Positions 10,090 through 20,852 of a stretch of DNA of 32,691 nucleotides are shown here, one piece after another. Below the pieces are notes generated by a model. The model did no database searches. It worked only from the letters and a program-made list of their open reading frames with translations, and was not told where the DNA came from. Each line of letters begins with the position of its first letter. Within the stretch, counting starts at the first letter, position 1. The stretch lies in the NCBI RefSeq assembly GCF_004010195.1, contig NC_057757.1, forward strand, positions 4,489,049-4,521,739, written 5' to 3'. The DNA comes from Chiloscyllium plagiosum. Taxonomy: Eukaryota. The position numbers and the translations under genes were made by a program.

Positions 10090-13000
10090 ATGGCTCTGAA
10101 AATTGCTAAAGAGGCTCTGGGATTTGAAGATGATTCTCAAATTTGCCAAGGAAGTTTAGAAGGAAAGAAAAAGCGAAGAGGTTAGATTTGGGTTTAACCA
10201 AGGACAAAAGTAAAGCTGAAATTGTAAGGGAGTTACTCAAACACTTAGGTGCGTCAGAGAAGCAGACAAGTGCAGTCGAGGTAGAAAAACTTAAATTACA
10301 ATTGAGGAAATCAAGTTAGGATAAACAAAGAGAGAGAGAGAGAAGGTTCTTATTTGAGTGACGAGAGAGAAAAGAAAAGGAGAGAGAACGAGAGAGAGGA
10401 GAGAGAAAGACAGAGAGAATTTGAACTTGAGAGTTGCCCCTCAGTCAGCAATGTTAACAAGATGGAGATTAAAACAGAAGTAGCGATATATATGAATATG
10501 TTAAAATTCTGCCACATTTTGATGAGAAAGATGCTAATGCCTTTTTCCATTTCATTTGAAAAATTGGCTAGGCAGATGGAGTGGTCCGAGGATTTATGAT
10601 GATTGCTAGTTCAGACTAAATTGGTCGGCAGAGCTAGTGAGGTATTTGCTGCACTGTCAGATGAGGGGTCAAGAGATTATGAAGGGGTTAAACAGGCTAT
10701 TTTAAGTGCTTATGAATTGGTACCAGATGTGTATAGACAGTGGTTCAGAAACATAAAGAAGGAACCAGGTCAGACTTATGTTGCTTTTGAAAGAATTTTG
10801 ATAGATGGGTATGTGCTTTAAAGATAGATAGGACCTACGAGACTCTAAGAGAGATTATTCGGCTGGAGGAGATTCAACTCACCTCCAGGGATGATAAGAA
10901 CTTACATGGAAGAACAGAAAGTTCAGGAAGTGAGAAGGGCAGCAGAATTAGCCGATGAATACATGTTGGTGCATAAGACAAAAGCCCACCCAGATTTTCA
11001 TCCCGTGAGCAATAGAAGTTGGAGAAGGGGAGATCCTACACTATGAAACAAAGAGTAGAGAACACTGGTAAGAGGTTACCACAGGTTAAAAAAGAAACCC
11101 AAGTGAATGGAAAGGAGGTGAAAGGCCTTGGGTGGGTTTCCACTGTGGGAAAAGGGGACACATAAAGTCACAGTGTTTGTTGTTAAAGAAAGGCGCTGTG
11201 GGAAAAGATGTGGTAAAAGATGCTAAGCCAGTGGCACAAATGAAAGTAGTAAAGGAGACCCCAAGAAGAGTAGGTGAGTTAGCTAAACGGCACCTAAAGA
11301 GGGCACAGCATAGAATGAAGCATTTGGCAGATAAAAGCTCTGAGACATGGAAGCTTTCCTGAGAGGATGATGTGTTAGTACTGCTACCAGTGATAGGCGA
11401 TCCCTTCAAAGACAGGTTAAGTGTTCCCTATCAAATTGAGAAAAAGATAGTCAAAAACTAGTTCAGACTAAATTGGTCGGCAGAGCTAGTGAGGTATTTG
11501 CCGCACTGTCAGATGAGGGGTCAAGAGATTATGAAGGGGTTAAACAGGCTATTTTAAGTGCTTATGAATTGGTACCAGAAGTGCATAGACAGTGGTTCAG
11601 AAACATAAAGAAGGAACCAGGTCAGACTTATGTTGATTTTGAAAGAATTAAGTATAGTCATTTTGATAGATGGGTATGTGCTTTAAAGATAGATAGGACC
11701 TACGAGACTCTAAGAGAGATTATTTGGCTGGAGGAGTTTCAACTCACTTCCAGGGATGATAAGAACTTACATGGAAGAACAGAAAGTTCAGGAAGTGAGA
11801 AGGGCAGCAGAATTAGCCGATGAATACATGTTGGTGCATAAGACAAAAGCCCACCCAGATTTTCATCCCATGAGCAATAGAAGTTGGAGAAGGGGAGATC
11901 CTACACTATGAAACAAAGAGTAGAGAACACTGGTAAGAGGTTACAACAGGTTAAAAAAGAAGCCCAAGTGAATGGAAAGGAGGTGAAAGGCCTTGTGTGG
12001 GTTTCCACTGTGGGAAAAGGGGACACATAAAGTCACAGTGTTGTTGTTAAAGAAAGGCGCTGTGGGAAAAGATGTGGTAAAAGATGCTAAGCCAGTGGCA
12101 CTAGTGAAAGTAGTAAAGGAGACCCCAAGAAGAGTAGGTGAGTTAGCTAAACAGCACCTAAAGAGGGCACAGCATAGAATGAAGCATTTGGCAGATAAAA
12201 GCTCTGAGATATGGAAGCTTTCCTGAGAGGATGATGTGTTAGTACTGCTACCAGTGATAGGCGATCCCTTCAAAGACAGGTTAAGTGTTCCCTATCAAAT
12301 TGAGAAAAAGATAGTCAAAAACAGTATTGGGTATGTCATTTGAACATATTGAAACTGTATCAACATTAGAGAGGAAAAATTGCAGAAGAAGGTGTTAGTT
12401 ACTGCCCCTCAGAGTGAGGAATCAAATCCAGTTGGATTTTGATGTGCCTCAAAGTATATTTAAAAATTGACGAAGTTCTTGAGGAGTGGAATAGGTTAGT
12501 AAACTATCTGTTTCAGGAGCACAGCACACAGTTGAAAGGTTTGTTTCAGCAGTATAAGGACATTTGTAAGAATCAGATGGGGAGGACTAATGCTATTGTA
12601 CATGAAGTAGATGTAGGGAATACTGCTGTGGTAAAACAACACCCCAATCAACTTAATCCTTTCAAAGCCAAACAGGTCTAGATGGAGGTGGAGACCATGC
12701 TCGATGAGGATATCATCGAACCAAGCCAGGGTGAGTGGAGTTCACTGATCGTCTTAGTTCCCAAACCGGACGAGACTCAACGATTCTGCTTGGATTATTG
12801 GAAGGTCAATGCTGTTACAAAATCGGACTCATATCCAATTCCTAGATTGGAGGACTGTATTGAGAAAGTTGGACAAGCCAGTTACCCCACCAAGTTGGAC
12901 TTACTGTGTGGTTAAAGGCAGGTAACTTTATCAGAGATGGCAAAATAAATTTCTGCGTTTGTATCGCCAAATGGGCTATCAGTTTAAAGTGATGCCTTTT

Positions 13001-13340
13001 GGAATGAAAAATGCACCCGCCACATGCATGGACAGAGTTGTGGCTGGGTTAACAAACTGTGCAGTCTATTTGGACGATGTAGTAAGTCCTGGAAAGATCA
13101 CATGGTACAGTTGGCAGAGCTCTTTGAATAACTACAAGAAGCAAAACTGTTAATAAACTGAAATAAAATTGAATTCGCAAAAGCAGAGGTGATGTTCTTG
13201 GTGCATAACATCGATCATGGAAGGTTGACCCTACAGAACACAAAAACGAAGGCCTTTTAGGAATTTCCATGACAACCTCGAAGGAAGAGGTGCTTTGATT
13301 CTTAGGACTCAGCAGATTCATTCAGAAGTTTTTTCCAAAC
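10090..13340 (+). mobile_element. Internal region of Gmr1-like Gypsy element (SCAN-like gag, CCHC knuckle, integrase C-terminus, RT); decayed, 3'-truncated
   Basis: ATG 10090 MALKIAKE. SCAN-like LVGRASEVFAALS..YEGVKQAILSAYELVP.VYRQWFR. Knuckle remnant FHCGKRGHIKSQC. IN C-term AQHRMKHLADK..DDVLVLLPVIGDP..VPYQIEKK. RT EWSSLIVLVPKPDETQRFCLDY, MPFGMKNAPAT and YLDD (13067-13078). No RNase H or 3' LTR. Confidence 0.88.
10606..12321 (+). repeat. Tandem duplication, units 10606-11457 (852 bp) and 11458-12321 (864 bp)
   Basis: Both units start CTAGTTCAGACTAAATTGGTCGGC and end GATAGTCAAAAA. They are near-identical apart from scattered substitutions, a 13-bp deletion and a 1-bp insertion in unit 1. Confidence 0.97.
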
Positions 13341-13344
13341 ATCA

Positions 13345-13478
13345 TGATTCCTGATGCAGGGCTTATGCCTGAAACATCGATTTTCCTGCTCCTCGGATGC
13401 TGCCTGACCTGCTGTGCTTTTCTAGCACCACACTCTAGACTCTGATCGCCAGCATCTGCAGTCCTCACTTTCTCCTCC
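13345..13478 (+). mobile_element. Penelope-like pLTR/3' end with degenerate hammerhead motif
   Basis: ATTCCTGATGCAGGGCTTATGCCTGAAACATCGATT followed by TGCCTGACCTGCTGTGCTTTTC.AGCACCACAC and tail AGCATCTGCAGTCCTCACTTTCTCC. Confidence 0.8.
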
Positions 13479-13526
13479 TGATATTTGAGACAAGCCAAGT
13501 GGCAATGAGTACAAGATGTAGGGATG

Positions 13527-13609
13527 GAAATGTGTTGCTGGAAAAGCGCAGCAGGTCAGGCAGCATCCAGGGAACAGGAGAATCGACGTTTCGGGCATAA
13601 GCCCTTCTT
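13527..13609 (-). mobile_element. 83-bp Penelope-like mini-insertion with 15-bp TSD
   Basis: CAAGATGTAGGGATG duplicated at 13512-13526 and 13610-13624. Minus strand reads (TG)AAGA-A-GGGC-TTAT-GCCC-GAAA-CGTC-GATT. Confidence 0.88.
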
Positions 13610-13624
13610 CAAGATGTAGGGATG

Positions 13625-14360
13625 TCTTACTTGATTTATACAGGGCCTTTGTCAGACTGTACCTTGAGTGTTGTATGCAGATTTGCACTCTGTAACTGAG
13701 AGATGATATACACAAAGGGTCACTGGGCTAATACTAAGGATTGCAGCATGATAAGAAATTGGCCCAACTCAGCCTGTATTCACTCAAGTTTAACAAATGA
13801 GAGGTGATCTGATTAGATTAGATTCTCTACAGTGTGGAAAAAGGCCCTTTAGCCCAACAAGTCCACATCGACCCTCCGAAGAGTAACCCACCCAGACACA
13901 TTCCCCGACCTCATATTTACCCCGGCTAATACACCTAACACTATGGGCAATTTAGCATAGCCAATTCACCTGACCTGCACATCTTTGGATTGTGGGAGGA
14001 AACCAGAGTACCCAGAGGAAACCCACGCAGACACGGGGAGAACGTGCAAACTCCACACAGACAGTCACCCGAGGCTGGAATCGAGCCCGGGTCCCTGGCA
14101 CTGTGAGGCAGCAGTGCTAACCACTGAACCACTGTGCAGGGCCGGACAGACGAGATGCGGGGAAGATGTTTCCCCCGGTTGGAGAGTCCAGAACTAGAGG
14201 TCACTGTCTCAGGATATGGGGTAGACCATTTAGAATTGAGATGAGGAAACATATCTTCGGTCAAGAGAGTTGATAACCTGTTGAATTGTCTCCCAGCGAA
14301 CACTATAGAAACCAGGCACTGAGTGTATTGAAGAAACATGGCATGATTCAATGGCATCAA
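13625..14360 (+). mobile_element. Old CR1 3' fragment interrupted by an HE1 SINE
   Basis: LYRAFVRLYLECCMQ-like remnant, GAGAGGTGATCTGATT, and GGAGAGTCCAGAACTAGAGGTCAC after the SINE. Confidence 0.7.
13811..14137 (-). mobile_element. HE1-type SINE
   Basis: Reverse complement has CACAGTGGTTCAGTGGTTAGCACTGCTGCCTCACAG head, B box, V-domain and (AATCT)n tail. Confidence 0.92.
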
Positions 14361-14634
14361 GATGCATGAGGAGAAAGTGGGAATATTTTATGCTTCTTGA
14401 TCCCAACAACAACAATGAAATAGTGTTGTCAGACCAGGGTTTACTTATAAATAGAACTGTTTCAGTCTTATTGGATTACACTTCTGTAAACGTTTGGTTA
14501 ACTCATCCATATCAATCAAATCTAGCCTTTTCCTACAATTAATTCCAGTACTGTTTGCCTGTGGCTACCTTTATTTATGATACACTTCTGTCAAAAATAC
14601 ATTTTCAAGAGTCAGGTCACAGGAATGAATTAGG

Positions 14635-14745
14635 ATCTAGGTCTTTTCAGGCTCAAGGCCCACTTGAATGAGACAAACAACATGAGGCGCACCTCCTTTT
14701 ATCCCATTCCCAAGCACAGATCGGAATCACGCTTGTGAACAACTT
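14635..14745. repeat. Short interspersed repeat, copy 3 of 3 (possible hAT-type MITE)
   Basis: CTTTTCAGGCTCAAGGCCCACTTGAATGAGACAAACAA core. Confidence 0.55.
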
Positions 14746-14754
14746 TGTTTTGAT

Positions 14755-15097
14755 CCATTGATGGGAATGTGAGCGTTTCTGGACATTCCCAACCCGAATT
14801 ACCCAGAAGGCACCTGAGAATCAACCACATTGCTGTGGGTCTGGAGTCACATCCAGGCCAGACCAGGTTAGAATGGCAGTTCCCATCCCTTAAGGACATT
14901 GGTGAAGCAGATGGACCTTTCTGATAATCGACAATGGCTTCATGGTCATCATTCAACTCCTACTTCCAATTTTTTTTTTCCATTGACTTCAAATTCCATC
15001 ATCTGCTGTGGCAGGATTTGAACCCAGCTCCCCAGAATACTCCCTGGGTCTCTGGATTAACAATCCACTGATAATGCCACTAGGCCATTGCCTCCCC
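14755..15097 (-). mobile_element. SacSINE1-like tRNA-derived SINE
   Basis: Minus head GGGGAGGCAATGGCCTAGTGGCATTATC..GGTTCAAATCCTGCCAC, central GTGACTCCAGACCCACAGCAATGTGGTTGA motif, LINE-type tail CACATTCCCATCAA. Confidence 0.8.
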
Positions 15098-15139
15098 TTG
15101 ACACAGATATGTCAAGCTTCTTGAGTGGAGTATCAAAGA

Positions 15140-15490
15140 CAGTATAGCAGCTAATAAAAATCATAAGGGTCATCGATAGGGGTGAATAGCCAAAGTCCTT
15201 TTCCTGGGGTAGAGGAGTCCAAAACGAGAAGACATGGTTTAAAGAGAGAGGGTTAAGATTTGGAAAGGACCTGAGAGGTAAGGATTACAACAGAAGTATG
15301 TGGAACGAGCTGCAGAGGAAGTGGCGGAGGCTGGTACAATTGCAACATTAAAAAGTCATCTGGATGGGTATATGAGTAGGAAGGGTTTAAGAGGGATATG
15401 GGCCAAATGTTGGCAAATGGGACTAAGTCAGATACTTGGTCAGCGTGGACTAGTTGGACTGTAGGGCCTGTTTCCGTGCTGAATGACCAT
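15140..15490 (+). mobile_element. CR1 3' fragment
   Basis: GGAGTCCAAAACGAGAAGACATGGTTTAA..TGGAACGAGCTG..GGGCCTGTTTCCGTGCTG. Confidence 0.75.
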
Positions 15491-15865
15491 GTTTCTGAAG
15501 CTGCACTCGTCCAGGTGAGTGGTGAGTATGTCATCACACTCCTGACTTGTGGCTTGTTGATGGGATACAGGTTTTGGGGAGTCAAGAGTTGAGTTACTTC
15601 CTGCAGTATTCCTAGCCTCTAACTTGCTCCTTGGGGGCTCCAGGATGAATCTACCAACAGCATGTGGACTGCAGTGGGTCAAGAAGGCAGCTCACCCCCG
15701 ATTTCTCAAGGGTAACTAGGGATGGGTAATAAATGCTGCCACACTCAGCGACTCCCATGTCCCATGTGATGCTACATTAGCCATAGTAGTATTGTGGTGA
15801 GTTCAGTTCAGTTTCAGGTCCGGGGAAACCTCCAAGATATTGCTCATGGGGAATTCAGTGATAGT
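15490..15865 (-). mobile_element. Old LINE fragment with nested plus-strand tail, paralogous to 4300-4660
   Basis: TCACACTCCTGA..TTTGGGGAGTCA.GAG.TGAGTTAC and CATGTGGACTGCAG..AATAAATGCTGCC in the same order as 4340-4570. Confidence 0.6.
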
Positions 15866-16191
15866 TGTCCTCTTTGAATTATGCCAACTCTGTCTGAGTT
15901 GATATACTGACAATTAATTGCCTTCATTATGATTACTTTGCAATGTTTGTTCTTGTCCCCCCTATCGATCTTTTTCTGAAGCTACTTTTGTTAGAATTCT
16001 TGAAAATGGGTCATTCCATTAATGTAGATTTTGGGACTGGGGAGAAGGGAAAGGGGTAACTGGTCAAGAACTGCATTGTTCATGTATCAATTCCCCCAAT
16101 ATACTTGTTGATTTCATTACTTCATTTGATGGGTTTAATGAGGCTCCATCAACATGGGAACTGATTTTCTGGTCTGATGCATTCTCCCTGC

Positions 16192-16199
16192 TATAAATA
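16192..16199 (+). promoter_or_regulatory. Candidate TATA box of the intact GPR139-like gene
   Basis: TATAAATA located 96 nt upstream of ATG 16288. Confidence 0.5.
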
Positions 16200-16287
16200 A
16201 GGGATGTTTTCTCAATCTCTTAAAGGGAGAACAGACCAAACCTTCACAACAATCCTTGAAACATTTGTTGTCTTCAAAAGGGACATC

Positions 16288-16384
16288 ATGTCTCTTGGTT
16301 TTTTGATCAAACTGAAGATTCTGTGGGCGATTAATGACATTCAGAAGATTTACTACCCGGTCTTAGCTGCGTTTGGTGTCCCAG
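16288..16384 (+). CDS. GPR139-like GPCR, coding exon 1 (alternative in-frame ATG at 16204)
   Basis: MSLGFLIKLKILWAINDIQKIYYPVLAAFGVP-G followed by donor CAG|GTGAGT (16385), phase 1. Confidence 0.85.
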
Positions 16385-16584
16385 GTGAGTTACACCCTAG
16401 CAATGCTTAATTAAGAAGTGGAATTTAGTTATATGCAGCATCTTAAAATTTGTGCCTTTTTAAAGATAATACTTCTTACATTTACAGCAGTTTCTAGAAT
16501 ACAAGAATTTCTTTGTTCTATGGTTTTAAATGCAGTCAACCATCTGGAAAGCATAAAGAACCAATGCTCTATTAATATATCTGT

Positions 16585-16800
16585 CCATCTTTCTTTCTTT
16601 CTTTCTCTCTTTCTTTCTCTCTCTTTCTTTCTCTCTTTCTGTCTCCCTCTCTTTCTCTCTTTCTTTTTCTTTCTCTCCCTCTTTCTTTCTTTCGCTCTTT
16701 CACTCTTTTTCTCTCTCTTTCTCTTTCTTTCTCTCTCTCTTTATTTCTTTCTCTCTTTTTTCTTTCTTTCTTTCTCTCTTTCTTTCTTCCTTTCTTTCTC
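16585..16800. repeat. Intronic CT/CTTT low-complexity microsatellite
   Basis: About 215 bp almost entirely C/T. Confidence 0.95.
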
Positions 16801-17008
16801 ATAGTTTTGTGGCCACGTAGTTATCTGGCAAGTAAACATTTTCAACACTATCTCAATGGAATATTTGCTGTTACCTTGCAGTTTCTCGCAAAAACATTGG
16901 GTTCCTATTTAATAATTTAGTTTCATTGTTTTACTGGAAATACAATGAGCAATCATTTCTGCATTACATCTGGTCAATAAATGATCCTATTTATTCTCTT
17001 CTTTCAAG

Positions 17009-17904
17009 TTAACTTGATTGCAATTACAATCCTGGTCCGAGGCAAGTGTGGCCTTTCCAAATGTGTCACTCATTACCTGGTGGCAATGGCAGCGGCGGAT
17101 CTACTGGTCATTATCTTCGATCTGATACTACGACAAATTCCTATCACATATCGGGAAGAGTTTCGCTTTGTGCTTTCTATCCCCTTGTGTAACATCCATG
17201 CTGTTCTGCTTTATGCTGCCACAGACTGCTCTGTCTGGTTCACGGTCACATTCACCTTTGATCGGTTTGTGGCCATCTGTTGCCAAAAGCTGAGAAGTAA
17301 ACATTGCACTAAGAAAACAGCGGGTGTGGTTTTAGGGACAGTGACTGTGCTGAGTTGTCTGAAGAATATTTTCTGGTATTTCATGTATTACAATCTATAT
17401 TGGCTTTCTAATAGTCCATGGTTTTGTAGAGTACCTCCAAACATAAGCACTTCAATTGTCTGGGCCTTCGTTGAATTAATACATTACATAATAACGCCAT
17501 TTATTCCATTTATTTTGATTCTCCTATTAAACACTTTGACAGTCAGAAACATTATATTAGCCAACAGAGCTCGCAGGCGACTCCGGGCTCAGATGACTGG
17601 GGACAGTGTCAGTGACCCAGAGATGGGGAGTCGGAGGAAATCCATGATTATGTTATTTGTTATATCTGGCAATTTCATCGTGTTATGGGTGGTGTTCATC
17701 GTTTATTCCATACTGAAACGATTCGATTACTTGGGATATCCAGTCCCTCTCCCCACATTTGTAAGTGAGATCGGCTTCATGTTTCAGCTCCTGAGCTGCT
17801 GCACAAACACCTTTATTTATGCAGTTACCCAGAGGAAGTTCAGAGAAGAGTTGAAGGATGGAATGATGTATCCCTTCACAAAGTTGATCAAAGTAATTCG
17901 ATAA
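17009..17904 (+). CDS. GPR139-like GPCR, coding exon 2; spliced product ~330 aa, 7TM class A
   Basis: Polypyrimidine tract plus AAG| acceptor (17007-17008). G+TT restores ..GVPVNLIAITILVRGKCGLSKC. Open to TAA 17902-17904, with YLVAMAAADLLV (TM2), SVWFTVTFTFDRF (TM3), TPFIPF..LLN (TM5) and CTNTFIY..KFREEL (TM7/H8), motifs typical of the GPR139/GPR142 family. Confidence 0.92.
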
Positions 17905-18756
17905 TTTTTTTTTAACCTATGTTTGGAACAGTAAATATATATTTTCTCAAGAGTAAACATCGGATTTGAGATACTAGGTTTTATGTATGCTTGATTCTTG
18001 CTGAAGACCGCTGAGTGTCTTCATTCAATGCAGTGTCAGCGTTCAGTTCAAGGATAGTGTGGGAGTAAGCTGTGGTTATGAAAACTTCCATAGCAACACA
18101 GCATGGCTTCACATTGTCTGTCCTCCCATTGGGTGTTTATTACAGAATGACTGAATTGTTACAACACAGATACAGACGCTGGCTCTGAGAAGGAACAGTC
18201 CACTCAGTGTCACTGTATGATATTCTCTCTGTAGTCCTGCACACTTTCGTAAGCTATCTTCAGTTTGACTGCATAGTAAGAGATCTCACACAGATTCGAG
18301 CACTGAAACAATTATTTAGCAATGAAAGTAAGACCCTTCCCATCAGTACGTAACGCCTCATAACCCAATTTGGCTATTACTCGATTACTTTGGAATTTAG
18401 CTCCGATTCTAACCAAAAGTATCTGTCTCTGCATCTCCGTGGTCGACACTTGTGCGGTTTTCCAGATTTCTGCCCACAAAGAATTCTGGGGTTGAATTTT
18501 TATACAATTTTCTGCTTATATTGTTATTGATGATCTGTTAAATTCTACAATATTGACTAATCCTCTGGAAGAATTAAGTCTGCAGCTTGTCTTCCTTGTT
18601 CCCTGTTCCATTTGGCATCGACTTTGTCTGTTTGCAGACATAGCTTTCCTGTGATGAACTCCTGAAATTCTTGTCCAACCATTTGTCCTTGTGGAATAAG
18701 GCATCCAATTATCAAGTGGATGTTAAACAGCTTTGTTTATGTAACTTTCCAGGTTT

Positions 18757-19165
18757 TGAATTGAATTGAATTTATTGTCACGTGTACCGAGGCACAGTGA
18801 CAAGCTTTGCCTTGCAAGCAATACAGGCAGATCACAGAGTTAAGTAACATAGATAAGTAAGTAATAGATAAACAGCAGCAAAACCCAAAACATGGGTACA
18901 GGTGAATGCTAACAGTGTGTGAGTCCATTCAGTATTCTAACGACAGTAGGGTAGAAACTGTTGTGAAACCGGCTGGTGCGTGTGTTCAGGTTTCTGTACC
19001 TTCTCCCTGATGGTAGAGGTTGTAGAAAAGCATTGCCAGGTGGGATGGATCTTTGAGAATGCTGGCGGCCTTTCCTTGACAGTGGGCCTGGGAGATGGAT
19101 TCTATAGATGGGATTTGGCCTTTGTGATTGTCCAGGTTCCTGTATAACAGTCTGTCCTTGCCCCT
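18757..19165 (-). mobile_element. Rex1/Babar-like LINE 3' end
   Basis: Minus peptide PPGNAFLQPLPSGRRYRNLNTRTSRFHNSFYPTVVRILN, then AATAAA and (AATTC)n tail. Confidence 0.8.
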
Positions 19166-19263
19166 TCACAGTTTATTCCACATAGAGATATTGTCGCTTC
19201 TTTCAATGTATGAACAGCTACTGAAGTCCTGAAGCTTACAACAATTAACTTTTACAGCTGATA

Positions 19264-19436
19264 GAAAAAAAGTGTGGTGCTGGAAAAGCCGAGCCGGTCA
19301 GGCAGCATCTGAGGAGCAGGACAGTTGACATTTCGAGCATAAGCTCTTCATCAGGAATGGGGGTGGGGTGCCCAAGGGGGCTGAGAGATAAATGGGAGGG
19401 GGTGTGGGACTCGGGGGAAGGTAGCCAGGAATGCAA
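19264..19436 (-). mobile_element. Inverted Penelope-like pLTR fragment lacking the 3' tail
   Basis: Reverse complement homologous to 13345-13435. Abuts the plus-strand Penelope body head-to-head. Confidence 0.8.
19325..19358 (-). ncRNA. Hammerhead ribozyme motif (minimal type I, Penelope-associated)
   Basis: Minus strand ATTC-CTGATGA-A-GAGC-TTAT-GCTC-GAAA-TGTC-A. Core boxes and stem II are intact; stems I and III show CpG-type decay. Confidence 0.65.
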
Positions 19437-20690
19437 TGACTGCATCGGTGCAGCTTTCTGCACCCAGGCTGAACTGGAGGAGTTCATCGACTTCGCCCAC
19501 AACTTTGAATCTGCCCTCAAATTCACTTGGTCCATCGCAGACATCTCCCTCCCCTTTCTTAACCTCTCCATTTCCATTTCGGACACCTCCCTCCCATTTC
19601 TTGACCTCTCCATTTCCATCTCTGGTGATTATCTCTAGTCGACTGCAAACCCACAGACTCCCATAACTACCTGGACTACATCTCCTCCTCCCCAGTATCC
19701 CGCAAGAGCTCCATCCCATTCTCCCAATTCCTTTACCTCTGCAGCATCTGCTCAGAGGAGGAGACATTCCAATCCCAAGCATCACAGATGTCCACCTATT
19801 TCAAGCAACATGCTTTTCCTCCTTCTGTCATGCAGACAGCCCTCTACCACCTCCATTCCCCGTTCCATTGCTTTAAATCATCCGTCCCAATGCAATAAAG
19901 ACAGAATCCCCCTTGTCCTCACCCAACACCCCAACAGTCTCTGCATCCAACACATCTTCCTTAAATACTACCGTCAACTAGGCCCCACAACCAAGGACAT
20001 CTTCCCCTTCCCACCCCTCCCTGCCTTCCGCACAGAGCATTCCCTTTGACAGTCCTTGGTTTGCACACTCTGCCCACCACCCCCCGAACCCCCAGGTACC
20101 TTCTCCTGCGCCCGGAAAAGATGCAAATCTTGCCGGTACTCCTGCACCCGGAAAAGATGCAAATCCTGCCGGTACCACATCCCCCCTCGCCCCCACCTAG
20201 GGCCCCCAAACAGTCCTTCCAGGTGAGACAGAGGTTCACCTGCCTCTCCTGCAAATATAGCTTACTGCTCCTGATGTGGTCTTCTCTACATCAGGGAGAC
20301 TGAGCGTAAACGTAGGGAATGGCTCACCGAGCATCTCAGCCGGGCCTGCATGGACCAACCAGACCTTCCAATCACTGCCCATTTTAATTCCCCTTCTCAT
20401 CCTCTTTCCAACATGACTATCCTTGGCCTCCTCCATTGGTCCAGTGAACCAAACCGTAAATTGAGGAACAACACCTCATCTTCCATCAGGGCATCTTACA
20501 GCCCAGAGAACTCAACATTGAGTTCTCCAATTTCCAATAACCTTCCTTCCCATCCCTGACTCCTTTCCCAGCCCCTCTCCCTCCCCCTCCCTTCCACTGC
20601 TCCTGCCACCAACTGGTTTCATTCTTCCTGAAGAAGTGTTACACCTGAAATGCTGACTTCTCTACCTCCTGATGCTGCCTGGATTGTGTT
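19437..20690 (+). mobile_element. Penelope-like element, 5'-truncated (RT C-half, Cys-rich linker, GIY-YIG endonuclease, pLTR)
   Basis: DCIGAAFCTQAELEEFIDFAHNFESALKFTWSI..LPFLDLSI, CARKRCKSC, GLLYIRETERK..EHL, AHFNSPSH. Degenerate hammerhead CCTGAAGA-AGTGTTACACCT-GAAA at ~20628-20655. Confidence 0.88.
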
Positions 20691-20852
20691 TAAGAGCACC
20701 GATCCAAATCCTGTCTCCATCTTGTGGAACACTGCTCTCTGTGGAACACTGAGGGTAGCTCCAAAACCCACAGACAACAAACTTAATACTCCCTGCCAGG
20801 ATTTCAATCTGTCCATCCCAAATTAAAATCCCATTTGGACAAGAGAAATTTG

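Noticed and set aside
16418..16804. 128-aa F/L/S-rich ORF and antisense 76-aa R/K/E-rich ORF
   Set aside because: Translations of the intronic CT microsatellite.
16981..17008. ATG 16981 as start of a single-exon 307-aa receptor
   Set aside because: MILFILFFQ is the polypyrimidine tract and acceptor. TM1 is completed only by splicing to exon 1.
18270..18750. Apparently unique sequence downstream of the intact gene, possible extra exon or transposase remnant
   Set aside because: The frames examined gave no recognisable protein motif; left unannotated.
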